The notes under the pieces are model-generated. The model was not told where the DNA came from. It searched no databases and was given only the letters and a program-made list of their open reading frames with translations. The translations under genes were made by a program, and so were the position numbers. A DNA stretch of 63,816 nucleotides, the filler included, from Dimorphilus gyrociliatus (taxonomy: Eukaryota > Animalia > Annelida), in NCBI GenBank assembly GCA_904063045.1. It is 5 parts of 5 records of this genome, joined end to end, with 100 filler letters (N's around TTAATTAATTAA, not from the genome) between each part and the next. Parts side by side here need not be neighbours in the genome. Positions count along the whole stretch, not along the records: positions 31,318 to 40,956 come from CAJFCJ010000285.1; positions 41,057 to 53,883 come from CAJFCJ010000249.1; 3 more parts are not named here. One strand, written 5' to 3'. This document shows positions 36,380 through 48,597 of this stretch, one piece after another (within the stretch, counting starts at the first letter, position 1; the number at the start of each line of letters is the position of its first letter).

Positions 36380-38535
36380 TCAATGGTACAAGCTCATCTG
36401 AAGATGAAATTAGTGATTCAACTGATTCTGATCATGGTTCAATGATTGTTATAGACTCATCTGAGGAAGAGCTTGATAACATAACTGAGCCTGATAATGA
36501 TTCAATGATTGTTATAGACTCATCTGAAGAAGAGACCAGTAACACAATTGAGTCTGACAATGATTCCATAATGGTTATAGACTCATCTGATGAAGAGACT
36601 GGAAATATACCTAAGTCTGACAATGACTCAGTTATTCTCATAAATTCCTCTGAAGAAGAAACTGAAGACTTGGCTATGGAAATGGAAATGAAACCACAAT
36701 ACATAGAATTAGAAGATGGAATAACTATCAAAGTGCAAAAAGAACAAAAGAAAAATCCAGTTACTCCTGAAATAGAAGAATTACAGTTGGAAAGTATTGA
36801 ATTTGAACATTTGTCTAATCAAAATGTACACAATATTAATTCAAATACACTAGAAATTGACAATTATTTACATGTGTCCAAAAATAATCTTGACAAGAAA
36901 AGAGAAGAATTAAAAGAAATGATAAAGAATTATGAAGATATTATTGCTACAAATCAGAATGACATTGGTTCACCAGATGTTCCACCAATGGCAATTGAAT
37001 TATTGGAAGATATAAAGCCTTTCAAACAAAGACCATACAGATTGCCACCCAACAAACAGCAGGAATGCAGGGATCAATTAAATGGATTATTGGAAAATGG
37101 TCTAATTAGAGCAAGCAAAAGCCAATGGGCTTCACCCATTGTTTTTGTGAAAAAGAAAGAAGGAACATTAAGAATGTGTGTGGATTACAGAAAACTTAAC
37201 AAGCAATCAAAAAAGAATTGTTATCCAATCCCACATCAGGAAGATTTATTTGATAAGCTTGGAGGAGGCCACAAATATTTTTCTATATTGGATTTAACAA
37301 GTGCATTTCATCATATTCCAATTAAAGAAGAAGATAAGGAGAAAACTGCTTTTATTACACCATTTGGTTTATTTGAATTCAACCACATGCCATTTGGTTT
37401 GGCAAATGCACCTTCACACTTCAGCTATATCATGGCAAATTTTGTTATTAATGGATTGGAAAACTTCTGCATTAATTATATGGATGATATTATAGTTTTT
37501 ACCAAAACATTGGAAGAACACTTTGTAGCTCTACAGAAACTTATGGAAAGAATCAAGGAAAAAGACTTCAGAATTAAACTGAGCAAATGTGCATTCTTAC
37601 AAGAATCAGTTCAATTCCTTGGTCATAGAATTACACAGAATGGTATTGAAACTGATCCTGAAAAGATTCAGAAAATAAAAGATGCCAAATTACCTATGTT
37701 TGCAAATACTCTGTTGAGTTTTGTGGCATTTTGTGGTTATTATAGAAGATTTGTTAAAGATTTTGCAAAAATCACAAAACCTTTGAGAGAATTATTAAAA
37801 GTACACCAAAAGACAGAAAAACTGAAATGGACAAAAAAAGCAGAGGAAGCTTATGAAACACTAAGGAATGCAATGACAGAGCCCCCAATCCTTCAACTGC
37901 CAGACTTTACTAAATCATTCTATTTAACAACAGATGCTTCTAATTATGCAGTTGGTGCAGTTCTAGAACAAGAATGGGAAGAAGATGGAAAGAAAATAAG
38001 AAAACCAATTTCTTTTGCTTCCAAGCTCCTAATCAATACACAACTAAGATATGCAGCTTATCAAAAAGAGGCTTTTGCAGTATATTGGGCAGTACAAAAA
38101 TTCTCCCATTATCTACAGTATAAGAAATTTTTTCTCTACACTGATCACCAAAATTTGGTACAAACATTTGTACAAAACAAACTGAATACAAGTACTGTTA
38201 AATGGGTGATGGCACTTATGGATATGGATTTTGAAATAATATACATACCAGGAAGAACTAATAGAGCAGACTGGATATCAAGAATTGGTGAAACTGATGA
38301 AGTAATTGATTTTCGTAATTTACTTAAGGAAAGATTAAATGAAGAAAAACAAAATGGCAATACAGTTCCCCAATTAGCAGAAAGAAAGGATATGCTTAAA
38401 TGCTTTTATATTGATACAGAGGACTTAGAAGAATTAGATGATTGTTTAGATGACAATCTAGACAATGATTATGATGAAGACATAACTGAAATCCAAGCCC
38501 AGATTATGAAACTAAAATCACACCAGTTGAAATAA
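36370..38535 (+). CDS. pol: Pol: acidic spacer, reverse transcriptase and RNase H
   Basis: PFKQRPYRLP, WASPIVFVKKK, LRMCVDYRKLN, LDLTSAFHHI, MPFGLANAP, YMDD, FLGH; RNase H TDASNYAVGAVL / EAFAV / TDH. The frame is open from 36283. Confidence 0.96.
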   Translation: MDIINGTSSSEDEISDSTDSDHGSMIVIDSSEEELDNITEPDNDSMIVIDSSEEETSNTIESDNDSIMVIDSSDEETGNIPKSDNDSVILINSSEEETEDLAMEMEMKPQYIELEDGITIKVQKEQKKNPVTPEIEELQLESIEFEHLSNQNVHNINSNTLEIDNYLHVSKNNLDKKREELKEMIKNYEDIIATNQNDIGSPDVPPMAIELLEDIKPFKQRPYRLPPNKQQECRDQLNGLLENGLIRASKSQWASPIVFVKKKEGTLRMCVDYRKLNKQSKKNCYPIPHQEDLFDKLGGGHKYFSILDLTSAFHHIPIKEEDKEKTAFITPFGLFEFNHMPFGLANAPSHFSYIMANFVINGLENFCINYMDDIIVFTKTLEEHFVALQKLMERIKEKDFRIKLSKCAFLQESVQFLGHRITQNGIETDPEKIQKIKDAKLPMFANTLLSFVAFCGYYRRFVKDFAKITKPLRELLKVHQKTEKLKWTKKAEEAYETLRNAMTEPPILQLPDFTKSFYLTTDASNYAVGAVLEQEWEEDGKKIRKPISFASKLLINTQLRYAAYQKEAFAVYWAVQKFSHYLQYKKFFLYTDHQNLVQTFVQNKLNTSTVKWVMALMDMDFEIIYIPGRTNRADWISRIGETDEVIDFRNLLKERLNEEKQNGNTVPQLAERKDMLKCFYIDTEDLEELDDCLDDNLDNDYDEDITEIQAQIMKLKSHQLK
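36430..36681 (+). repeat. Four coding 63-bp tandem repeats (21 aa, D(N/H)(D/G)S(M/I/V)(I/M)(V/L)I(D/N)SS(E/D)EE...)
   Basis: Units start at 36430, 36493, 36556 and 36619, in frame with RT. Confidence 0.95.
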
Positions 38536-38570
38536 ACTTCTATAGAGAACAAGTATTAGATACTCCACTA

Positions 38571-39797
38571 ATGAAAGTTGTAGACAAATTGGAAGGAGAA
38601 AACATTGATAATGGGTCTTTGAATGAATATGGAAACTTTATTGAATCTATGTTTGTAAAAGAAGACCTTGTATGGTATCTAAATGGCTGTCAACCACTAC
38701 TTGTAATTCCACTATCAACTCTAACCAACTTACTTGGACAAATTCATCAACATCAACTATTTGAGCACTATGGTGTAGACATAACAATTCACACTTTGGA
38801 GCAAGCTTTCTGGCACCCAAAGCTAAAGAAAACAATTAAAGATCACATAAAGAGTTGTGAATTTTGTGAGCAATTAAGAGCACCAGGCAACAAACATCTG
38901 TTGGTTGAAACACCTCACCCAACTTTACCAATGCAAAGAATAGCTATGGACATAATGGGACCTCTGACTGGACATGATTCTTACAAGTATATACTTGTCA
39001 TTATAGACCACATGTCCAGATTTACCAACATATTCCCTCTAAAAACTCAAACAGCTGAGGAAATTTCTAAACATTTGTTTTTCAACTATTTCCCAATATT
39101 TGGTATCCCAGAAGAAATTCTCACAGATCAAGGAAGGAATTTTCTTGGGGAAATCTTTACAGAAATGGTGACATCAATGGGAATACGAAAAATTAAAACA
39201 ACAGCATTCCATAGCCAAAGTAATGGAATGGTAGAAAGAAAGAATTTGGAAATTCGTAGAGCACTACATAAACATGTAGTTATGGAACAATTAACAGATT
39301 GGACAAGACAGTTACCATTAATTCAGACATGTTTAAATCAAATTCCAGTTGGAAGCACTGGCAAAACCCCACATGAAATATTATTTGGATTGAAGAATAG
39401 AAATGTTTTAGACCTGTTAATGGAAGTTCCAAGATTAGAACCAACAACAAAATTCTTATTTGATAGAAAACATGAACTTGAAGAAATTAGAGCAACAGCA
39501 CTTTGCAAATCTGTTCTAAAAAAGAAGGAATATAGAGATAGAGTTAATAAAGCTATTACAAGAAAACCTCCAACTTACAAAATTGGTGATTGGGTACACA
39601 TAAGAAATGAAAACATTGGTCAAGGAATGAACAGAATAAATACAAGCAAATGGAGTGGACCATATCTTGTAACTGCTACAGATACTACAAAATGTTTGTA
39701 TGAATTACAAATATTGGCAGATAAAAGAAAATTCTATCATGCTAGTAGACTAAGACTAGCTAACAAACAACCTATAACAGTTAACACAGTACAGTAA
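38571..39797 (+). CDS. pol: Pol: integrase with GPY/F module
   Basis: H..H...CEFC zinc finger, IAMDIMGPL, TDQGRNF, SNGMVERKN, KWSGPYLV. The frame is open from 38490. Confidence 0.95.
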   Translation: MKVVDKLEGENIDNGSLNEYGNFIESMFVKEDLVWYLNGCQPLLVIPLSTLTNLLGQIHQHQLFEHYGVDITIHTLEQAFWHPKLKKTIKDHIKSCEFCEQLRAPGNKHLLVETPHPTLPMQRIAMDIMGPLTGHDSYKYILVIIDHMSRFTNIFPLKTQTAEEISKHLFFNYFPIFGIPEEILTDQGRNFLGEIFTEMVTSMGIRKIKTTAFHSQSNGMVERKNLEIRRALHKHVVMEQLTDWTRQLPLIQTCLNQIPVGSTGKTPHEILFGLKNRNVLDLLMEVPRLEPTTKFLFDRKHELEEIRATALCKSVLKKKEYRDRVNKAITRKPPTYKIGDWVHIRNENIGQGMNRINTSKWSGPYLVTATDTTKCLYELQILADKRKFYHASRLRLANKQPITVNTVQ

Positions 39798-39820
39798 GGA
39801 AACACCAAACAAATGGTGGA

Positions 39821-40956
39821 ATGCTTCCTATCAGAGGATCAATAATTTATACACTGTTAGCAATATGCTGTTTAAACTTGGTCCAAGCAAATGTATCCAT
39901 AACAAAAGCAAACATAACTGTAAGAATGCTACCATCAGTACAGTTTTGTCAAGGACAACAAGTACACCAATCATTTGATTTAGCAGATGAACCAGTATGT
40001 ACCTTTGAAACTAAACAAATGATCAAAATTGTAGCTAACATTATGAAATTAAAGCTGACAATTTGGCAATTCAAGCTGTCAAGTGTTTAGTGAAAAGAAG
40101 AATCAATTTCTACACTCATTACTTTTTTGGAGCAAAGAAACACAGAATTGAAAAACAAACACTTGCCTTAAGTGAAAAACAATGCAGAACAATGCTATAC
40201 ACACACAAAACCTTAAATGGACAAAACCTAATTGAAAAAGGCAAACTTCTTATGTATAATGAAAACAAAGGACCAAATTACAAATGGCCAAGAACCACAG
40301 TGGTGGAAGAATTTACAACAATCCTTCAAATTGGCAAGGCTTATTGGAATCCAAGTCAAGATAAAATAACCACAAATTTGGAATATTTAGAAGACTGTTC
40401 TATAAACAAAATTTGTAGAACTTTGGATTCAATCATTATATTTAATCCAGAAAAAGGCCAAAGTCTTCTAGGCCATGTTTCACCATGGAAATAGTTTCCC
40501 ATAATGTGGAATGTGTAAAACTTGGAGGATATTTTCCTGCCCCAACTATGCAATAATGGATTTACCTTACCAAGACAGATATATCAAAGGATATGGTGGT
40601 CCTGGTACCAGAGTATTGGTACCCCAGAAAGAATATGACTTACTTAGAACTGATCTTACAAATTCTAATTATGCTGACAATAAAATAATAGAGGATACAA
40701 AATACAAGATCATTTCAAATAAAGAAGTTAATAGATTGGAGAAATATATTGGAAAGAAATCATCACTAAGAAAGGCCAATGTCACAGAAATACAAGATAT
40801 TTTAACATATAATGATTGGTATAGAGATGTGACAAAACCTACCATATGCTGATAAAAAATCATGCAACACCATTAGTGAGGACTTGGTTTGTCAAAGAAA
40901 TTATTTCTCCAGACATCTGGGATATTCACAACAAATACATACTAAAAATGCTGAAA
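39821..40956 (+). CDS. env: Env-like glycoprotein (frameshifted, 3'-truncated), class III fusogen-like
   Basis: Signal peptide MLPIRGSIIYTLLAICCLNLVQA; NVS and NIT sequons; AVKC....FYTHYFFG......LSEKQCRTM; pieces at 39821-40090, 40063-40494 and 40511-40852. Confidence 0.7.
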
Positions 40957-41056
40957 NNNNNNNNNNNNNNNNNNNNNNNNNNNNNNNNNNNNNNNNNNNN
41001 TTAATTAATTAANNNNNNNNNNNNNNNNNNNNNNNNNNNNNNNNNNNNNNNNNNNN
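40957..41056. other. Artificial contig spacer
   Basis: Same 44N-TTAATTAATTAA-44N structure. Truncates the Gypsy env. Confidence 0.98.
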
Positions 41057-41288
41057 TTTTTTGACACAGTATAACTTGCGTATTTCAACCTGTTAACAAC
41101 AGATAGTATATTAAATACTGCTATGTAGAGTTTTAAGAGACGCTATAAATTACTCTAATGGTGTAAAAGTATCTTAATTGAATAATAATTAGCTTGTCGA
41201 CAGGAGCAAATTGAATATATTTACTATGGATAACTTAGACGTCTTTTTTAAATTAATTAATCCGTTGCTCTCTTTTTAATACTGTAGA

Positions 41289-44200
41289 ATGATTCAACAA
41301 GTAAAAGTAGTATTTCTACGTATAGTATTGTTTTGTTGCCTATTAAGAATTGTTTCAAATTGTACATTTAAAGCTAAAAGCTTAAATATTGAACTGTTTA
41401 ATCTAACTAAAGTAAAATATAACCTGAATATTATTAAAGAGAATAGCGTCTCCGTTTATGGAAAGATAGGTGTAGTGTTTTTAAATACGAATACAAGTGA
41501 AAATGTTGCTTTTAACGCAAGAATTCGTGAGGAAAACAATAGACTATTTTGTCAATATTTTGGATACGATACATTCCATTATATAGCTGAAGCATGCGAT
41601 CCAAAAACTGGTAATATCTATAAAAATTTATTTACAGAATTGTTACATATATATATATATATATATATTGAATAGACGCCGTAAGAATTATACCTAAAAA
41701 TAGACGGTCCAGTACAATCTTGTAAAAAGATAACAATTTTATTAAATTGAACAAATAACTGTTTTATATCCCATTCAATATATTTGAAATAGATACAAAT
41801 TAACTAAAATATTCAACTCTATTGGATCGTTTTGCGTGAAATGCTTTAAAATTAATGAATTTGGTTAGGAATTAACAATGAAATTTCTATTTTTTCTTTA
41901 TTTCTTTCTATTTACATAACAGTTTTATTTTCAATATTAAATGATGAAGATAGAAACAAATACTACGTTTATATTAGATATCGTAAAAGAAACTATAAAG
42001 TTGTCTTTATTAGTAGAAAAGTTGATGGAATTTGTGAAAAAACCAACTTTTATAAAGACGATTCAAATGATATTAGAATAGAAAATAATAAATTTATTGT
42101 AATATTTCCGAATAATACATTTAAACTGGTTCGTGGAAAAATTGAACATTTTGGAGAAAATCACCTTTATTGCTCTTATAGTCAATTAAAAGGTAAATTA
42201 TACAAGTTTTTATGATAATTAACTAATTAATATTCAATTTTGAAGATGTTACTATTGAAAGAATAACGAAATTTTATCAGTATTTAATATATAAAAGAGA
42301 TTGGAAATCGTCAATTGTTTATATAATAGTTTCAAAAACTTTTGGTCATTTACCTATGAATTTTAAATATGACTCTGATTATGTCGAAGTAGCAAAGCTT
42401 CTATGTAGATTACAATCACAAATTCCAAAACTTTCAAATAGTCATTTCGAATATGCAGACTCGAATGTAAAAAGTCTGAATTATTTCATCTTTCAATATG
42501 AATTATTCATTTCAATTTTCCAGGAAGTGTCGTACGCCTGCCCGTTAATTAATTCTAGATTAAAAACTGGAGGAATTACAATAACGTCTTGTAGATGGGA
42601 GAAATCTTCTCTTTCCGATTGTACTTTGAGTAGGATAAGAGGAAATTTATTTAAAGTTTTAGTCAGTTGCGAAAAAGATATGAATTATTCAAGTTTGTTT
42701 GAAAAATTTCTCTGTTCATTTTTTATATATAAATGTATATAAATCATTTTCCTTCAGATTTCCAATTAAGATTATTTAACGAAGAAGACGGTCACTTGAA
42801 CGAAAATATTCGACATTCTTTGATAAAATTCCGTGGAATTTTTCAAATATACCATAATAAATTCTGGTATATTCCAGATTTTTCACAAATTCGAAGTATT
42901 GAAATAGAATCTATATGTAAATATTTTGGATTTAAATCTGGAACGGTTGCTGAACACATTCATCAAAGATTTATAACTCTAAGTAAATTTATATTTGCTT
43001 GTAATGGTAGCAATCTGCAAGAAGATTGTAGATTTACTTTAAATAAATTTAAAATGAAATTATCAATCTCTGGGTGAATAGAATTTCAATTTGAATAAAA
43101 ACTGGAAATTTCGCTTTTTGTTCAATTTCTACAATTATCCCAAATAGATCGCTGCTTGATAAAACTCGTCTAGATTATTCGGATATTAGTATAATAGAAT
43201 GTACATATGAAGAAATACGTAATGAATATAGTTTTTATATGGAATTTCAACAATTTGTCATTTGCCGTAATCTCTGCAGAATGTAAATATAAAAGAGATA
43301 TCAATTATCGAAATGTATGCTACATTCAAATCTCATTCGAAACGTTCAATTCTATGGAATACGTATTGAAAATGTGTGACGTAGTGAATGCTACATTATT
43401 TCATTACTATCCGCACGAATTTAAATATCTATTCTTCATGGCTTCCGAAATACATCGTCGTTCTTTCGCTTTGCGAAATGATATTCAATCTCTCCTCTTT
43501 CCTGGAAGTAATATATAATAGGCAAATCTTTATTAATTGATTAATTAATCTATCAAGTACGCTTTTTAAGAATTATCTAATGTAAAAGATACTAGAGGAA
43601 GGTTTTTTAGAGCTAATCACGATAGAATTCCTTTTGAATTTATGAATACTTTTCGAGATTCTTCCATCAGGTGAATTTCATTTTTCACTTATTAAGTACA
43701 ATTATTCAATATGGTAGTCGTTTTTGAAAAGCTCTTGGAAAGAATGTCTATCAATAGTAGATCAAGGTGGTCTAGTTTCAAGACAAGTAGATTGTTTTAG
43801 TTATTACAGAGCTTTTAATGAAGAGAGAGAAGTTAACGACTTTATCCTAAAAGTAGAAAGTTGCGGTAATCCCTTATATAAACACTTCTACTGCAAAAGA
43901 TTTCCAGGTAATATTCTAATTATTAAATAAAGAAATTATGAATTATTTCTCTACTTGAAGCTTACAAAGAGAATTCATTTGGTTTAAATAAACAATTAAT
44001 AAATACACTATTCGTTTCTTGCCCTCCAAATTCATTTCTATGCTCTAAAGATTTATTATGCATCAATAGTATTTACGTTTGTAACAACGAAAACGATTGC
44101 TTTCAAGGGGAAGACGAAGAAAATTGCAATGAAACTACAAAGTTCTTTTGCAGTTCTAATATAACAATTGATTTTAAATATGTTTGCGATTTTATTCCCG

Positions 44201-46888
44201 ATTGCCCAAATAATTTAGATGAAGAATTTTGCGGTAAATCCCCTCCTATCTTAATACATTTTCAATTATGATTTACAATTCAAAATCTTCCTGAATAGAA
44301 AGGAAAGATTGTTCGCTAATGAATAAGTAATCTTTTTTATTTGTTTTTTGGTATTTATTGAATGGATTATCAAGCTATTCTCAAGTGATATATTTACTTA
44401 TTTAGATGTCAGAATAAACAATGTATAAACAGATTTCTATTCTGTAATAACGAAATAAACTGTTTCGATGAATCGGACGAGATCTGTGATCCACGAGATG
44501 AGAAAGCAATACATTGTATACGCCTATTTTCTATGTTTCAAAATAATTCAACCAATCAATTATTTATTTTTACAAAGCTTGTAAACGGGATACTTTATCT
44601 TGCGATTCTAAATGTATATTGGAGGGGGGAATATGCGATTTTCAATATGATTGTAACGACGGAATAGACGAATCGAAGGAGATGTGTTTAAAAAAAATCT
44701 TTAAGAATCCAATGGATTTATGTTTAAGATTGAAAACAATTAAACCAGAGGATAGACGCTATTGTAGAGTATTATACAATTCTCGTGGAAGTCTGCTAAA
44801 TCAAATTCATATACCCTTTCAAACGTTAAATGAATGTGATAGAAAAACATGCGAAATTGGTGAATATTTATGTATGAAAAGTCAATATTGTATATCAATC
44901 AAACAAGTTTGCGACGGTATTACTCATTGCGCATATTACGATGATGAAATTGGTTGCGGTAGTTATTAATCTATAGGCCTTTTAATAAACAATTTTTCTA
45001 CAGTTTTCCTCTGTAAATCTCAATTAGATCATTTTCGTCCTAAAGGCTATTTTAAATGCAGAAATGAAAGATATTATATAAACCTATATGAAGTTTGTAA
45101 CGGTATTGTTAATTGTAAATACGGTAGCGATGAAATACTTTGTAACTTTTCAAAAGTATGCCCATCCGAATGCGATTGTAACGCCATCTACTCAATTAAT
45201 TGTAAATTTAGAAAACATTTCCAAACCGCTATTCAAATGATAAATTCAAATTCTGAACAATATAAAATCATGAAATTATTAGGCCTAAATACTAATAATC
45301 AAATATACCAATTTAATAAAACATTAACCGTTACGTATCTATCTATAATTGAAATTGAACTATTGAACAGTTCAATTGGTTATTATTATCCAAATTTGAT
45401 TAAATTAGACTTAATTAAATTAAATATTGATAATCTATCAAACTTCTTTCACGTTCAATTGAAATTATTACAATATCTTCTAATGAAAGATGTTGATTTT
45501 GAATTTTATACAAATTCATTTTCATTCAATTTTCAACAATTACGTTCATTGGAAATGATTTCGTTGAATATACATTTTCTTTATTATAATACTTTTAAAC
45601 TATTAAACAATCTTATCTATTTAAACTTACAATATATCGTTCTATATTCTTACGATATAAATGTCTTTAAATCTTTAGCTAAACTTCAAAGATTATCATT
45701 AAAGAAAAGTGTAATTCCAATGGATAATAGTATAAATCTTATTAAACCTTTAATATCGTTAAAGTATCTGGAAAGTGACTATTTCACTCTCTGCTGTTTT
45801 GTATGGAAGTATACGAATCGAATAAATAGTTGTATACCTACTACGTCACTATTCAATTCGTGCGCTGATTTAATGGAATCGATAGCCTTACGAGTTTTAC
45901 TATGGATTATATTTATTGTTGGTTTCGCAGAGAATTCTATATCGATCATATTTAGAAGTGTTGTATTAAAAAAAAGGAATAATCTATTCTATTTGGCTTT
46001 ATCGTTCGGAGATTTGTGTACATCTGCATACTTAGCTACTCTAGGCAGTTACGATATTCATTTTAGAGGCAAATATATTGAAAATGATTTCAAATGGAGG
46101 CATAGCTACGCCTGTTCGGCGATTGGTGTCTTTTATACTTTTTCAGTAGTATTTTCCTCATTTTCTTTATTATTAATATCAATAGAAAGATATCAGAATG
46201 TCACTTCTCCTTATCAACGAATATTCTATGGGAAATTTGCTATTTTTCTAGTTTTATTAGCCGCTCTATTATCTGGTATAATTGCGGGAATTCCAGTTTT
46301 TATTTACAATGTAAATTTCCAAAGCTGGAAAGAAATTCAATTGTTTGCGTTATTTAAATTGCCATTTCTATTTATTCTTTAGAATTATTATTCTAAAAGT
46401 CCAGTTTGTTTTACTTTACATATAACAAGCGAAAAAACCGAAGGATGGTTTTATTCTTTCTTAGCTTTGGAAGTGTTATTATCTTTAATATGTATTGTTA
46501 TTATTATTTTATATATACTTATATGGAAAACGACAACAAAAACAAAAGCAATATTGAATGCGAAACAGTATCATAGTCGGCAGCAAACTTTCAAAATAAA
46601 TGCGTATTTAATAGTTGTAGCAAATATTTTATGCTCATTTCCGGTATCAATTTTAGGTCAGTGCTAGTGATTGTATTATATCTTGTATATCATTATGCCT
46701 AATTATTCAATTCAATATTAGGAATATATGGTACTTTCTTTAAGTTAATCATAGGAAAAGCAGTTTATTCAACAATTGTTATTATCATTTTACCATTACC
46801 TTCTCTTATAAATCCCTTTCTATATACATTGAGAAATATTAATTTATACTTTAAAATGATAGACCTTAAAAGAGAAGAAACTCTGTAA
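41289..46888 (+). CDS. GRL101/RXFP-like receptor: long SRCR/C-type-lectin-like N-terminus, at least 6 LDLa repeats, LRRs, 7TM
   Basis: LDLa repeats (CINSIYVCNNENDCFQGEDEENC, CDFQYDCNDGIDES, CISIKQVCDGITHCAYYDDEIGC); CPSECDC cap; LRRs; hinge LESDYFTLCC; SCADLM; LSFGDL; ISIERY; LINPFLYTL, stop at 46886-46888. The 5' exon structure is uncertain. Confidence 0.85.
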
Positions 46889-48096
46889 TAATATGATATT
46901 CAACTAGTTTTTTTCATATATTATATGAAATCTATGATGCTTGTTTCAGGAATAATCGAGTAAATACGGCATTAGCAAAGAAGACTTCTCAGGGTATGTT
47001 TTATTGTATATTCTCTATATTTTAATTGAAATTGATATTTTATTAGTTTTAAAGTTTTTTAATAATCATAAACAACATAGTTTCAATGAAAGAACTATTC
47101 TCTTTTCTACAAATACAATGAGAAAAAATCCATCTTTTTATAAATCGACTAATTTGTTTTTAATTGTAAAAAATCTAATTAAATCTATAGCTTTAGCTAA
47201 AGACAGTGGACTATCTTTCAATGGTGTTATTGATTTCAATAGTGTATACTGTCAGGTTCCTGTTTTGAATATTACCTAATTGTTAGTTCGATATGTTAAA
47301 ATATATATTTTCTCTATCAATTAGCAAGAATTACACGGAAAAAGGATAAGCTATTTCTTAAAGACGGAAAATTTGACAAATGATAATAAAGATAATGAAT
47401 TTAATGATATCATTGCTTTAGGATTATTTATTAAAAAAATGTTACAGAAGAAAGCATCAATACTGACGAACTGTACTGCAAAATTAACCAATTAGAAGTT
47501 ATTTAACTGTAGTAAATGTTCAATGATTCATTCTGTATTGAATAAAGCTCATGATTGTTGAAGATCGAGTCTTTTACAGCCATAAAACAATACTAGTCTT
47601 AATGTTATAACCATATTAAACGTTTGCATGTATTCTTAAAAACAATGAACGCCAATAATGTATGACAGCACTAACCCTCACACCATTACACAGCTGATCA
47701 TTGTAATTATCCGTGCATGTGGTTAAAGAGTGACCTTCTTTACACTAAGAATCAGTAATTCCGCTCCAATGGTAGCACGTAGCTTCAATTAAACGTAATA
47801 TTGATAAGAATATGATTCTACAGAAATTTGGTACAATTTCTCCCTTTTCGGCCTCTATATAAAAACGGATGAGTCAGAATCTCCAATTTGATCCCGTTTT
47901 GTCACTGTTATTTATGAGGGTTCATTAATTAGAAACTGTTTTGCATCAATTTGAATAGTCAATTTATCTATTACCATATTTAAAATAGTGTATGAAGCAT
48001 CTGGTAATAAAATGAAGCATTAGGGAAATTTTTGCAGATATGCTGCAATTTTGAACAGTGTAAGGTGAAATACTATACATAAAAAAAACAATAAAT

Positions 48097-48597
48097 ATGT
48101 TAAAACTCTTAATTGTCTTTGTGACTTTGTTGCCCATATCTTATGGTAAGTTTAACTATATATTCTTATGCATGTAATAATCTATCTTTCTTTTTCTCTT
48201 TTAGCTCTAACTTGTTACAGTTGTAACAGTAATGAAGACAGTGGCTGTATAAATGGTACATTAACCAAAACATGCCAAGGTTCATATTGTTTTTACAGCC
48301 ATTTGAAACTTGCAGGTAAATTTTACATTAAAATTTTGACTTTTCTAATTTTATCAGTATCTCTTCATACCATTTTTCCTAGGTATAGAATCTGTTGTTA
48401 GATCCTGTGTACCAATGGCTCTTTTTTCTTCATGCCAAACACTAGCCGGTGCATTGACTTGTTACTGTAGCACTAATAGATGCAATAGTCAAACTAATGG
48501 AGGTAGTGGAGGCAACAATACATCCTCCAACTTGATACCATCTACAGTAATGCTCTCAATGGTTTCCTCTGTGTTTACCATAAATTCTATGCTATGA
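48097..48597 (+). CDS. Ly6/uPAR three-finger (quiver/sleepless-like) GPI-anchored protein, 3 exons
   Basis: Spliced MLKLLIVFVTLLPISYA-LTCYSC...C...C....C...VRSC...C...CYCSTNRCN, then a Gly/Ser stalk and a hydrophobic tail; phase-1 GT-AG introns. Confidence 0.85.

Larger units (their letters stand above)
34083..40956 (+). mobile_element. Ty3/Gypsy LTR retrotransposon with env-like third gene; 3' end lost at the contig break
   Basis: 5' LTR, PBS, gag, PR, RT, RNase H, IN (Gypsy order), then a signal-peptide glycoprotein ORF. Confidence 0.95.

Noticed and set aside
36430-36681. CRISPR-like array
   Set aside because: The units are contiguous in-frame coding repeats with no unique spacers and no cas genes. 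No CRISPR, rRNA or tRNA gene was recognised anywhere in the window.
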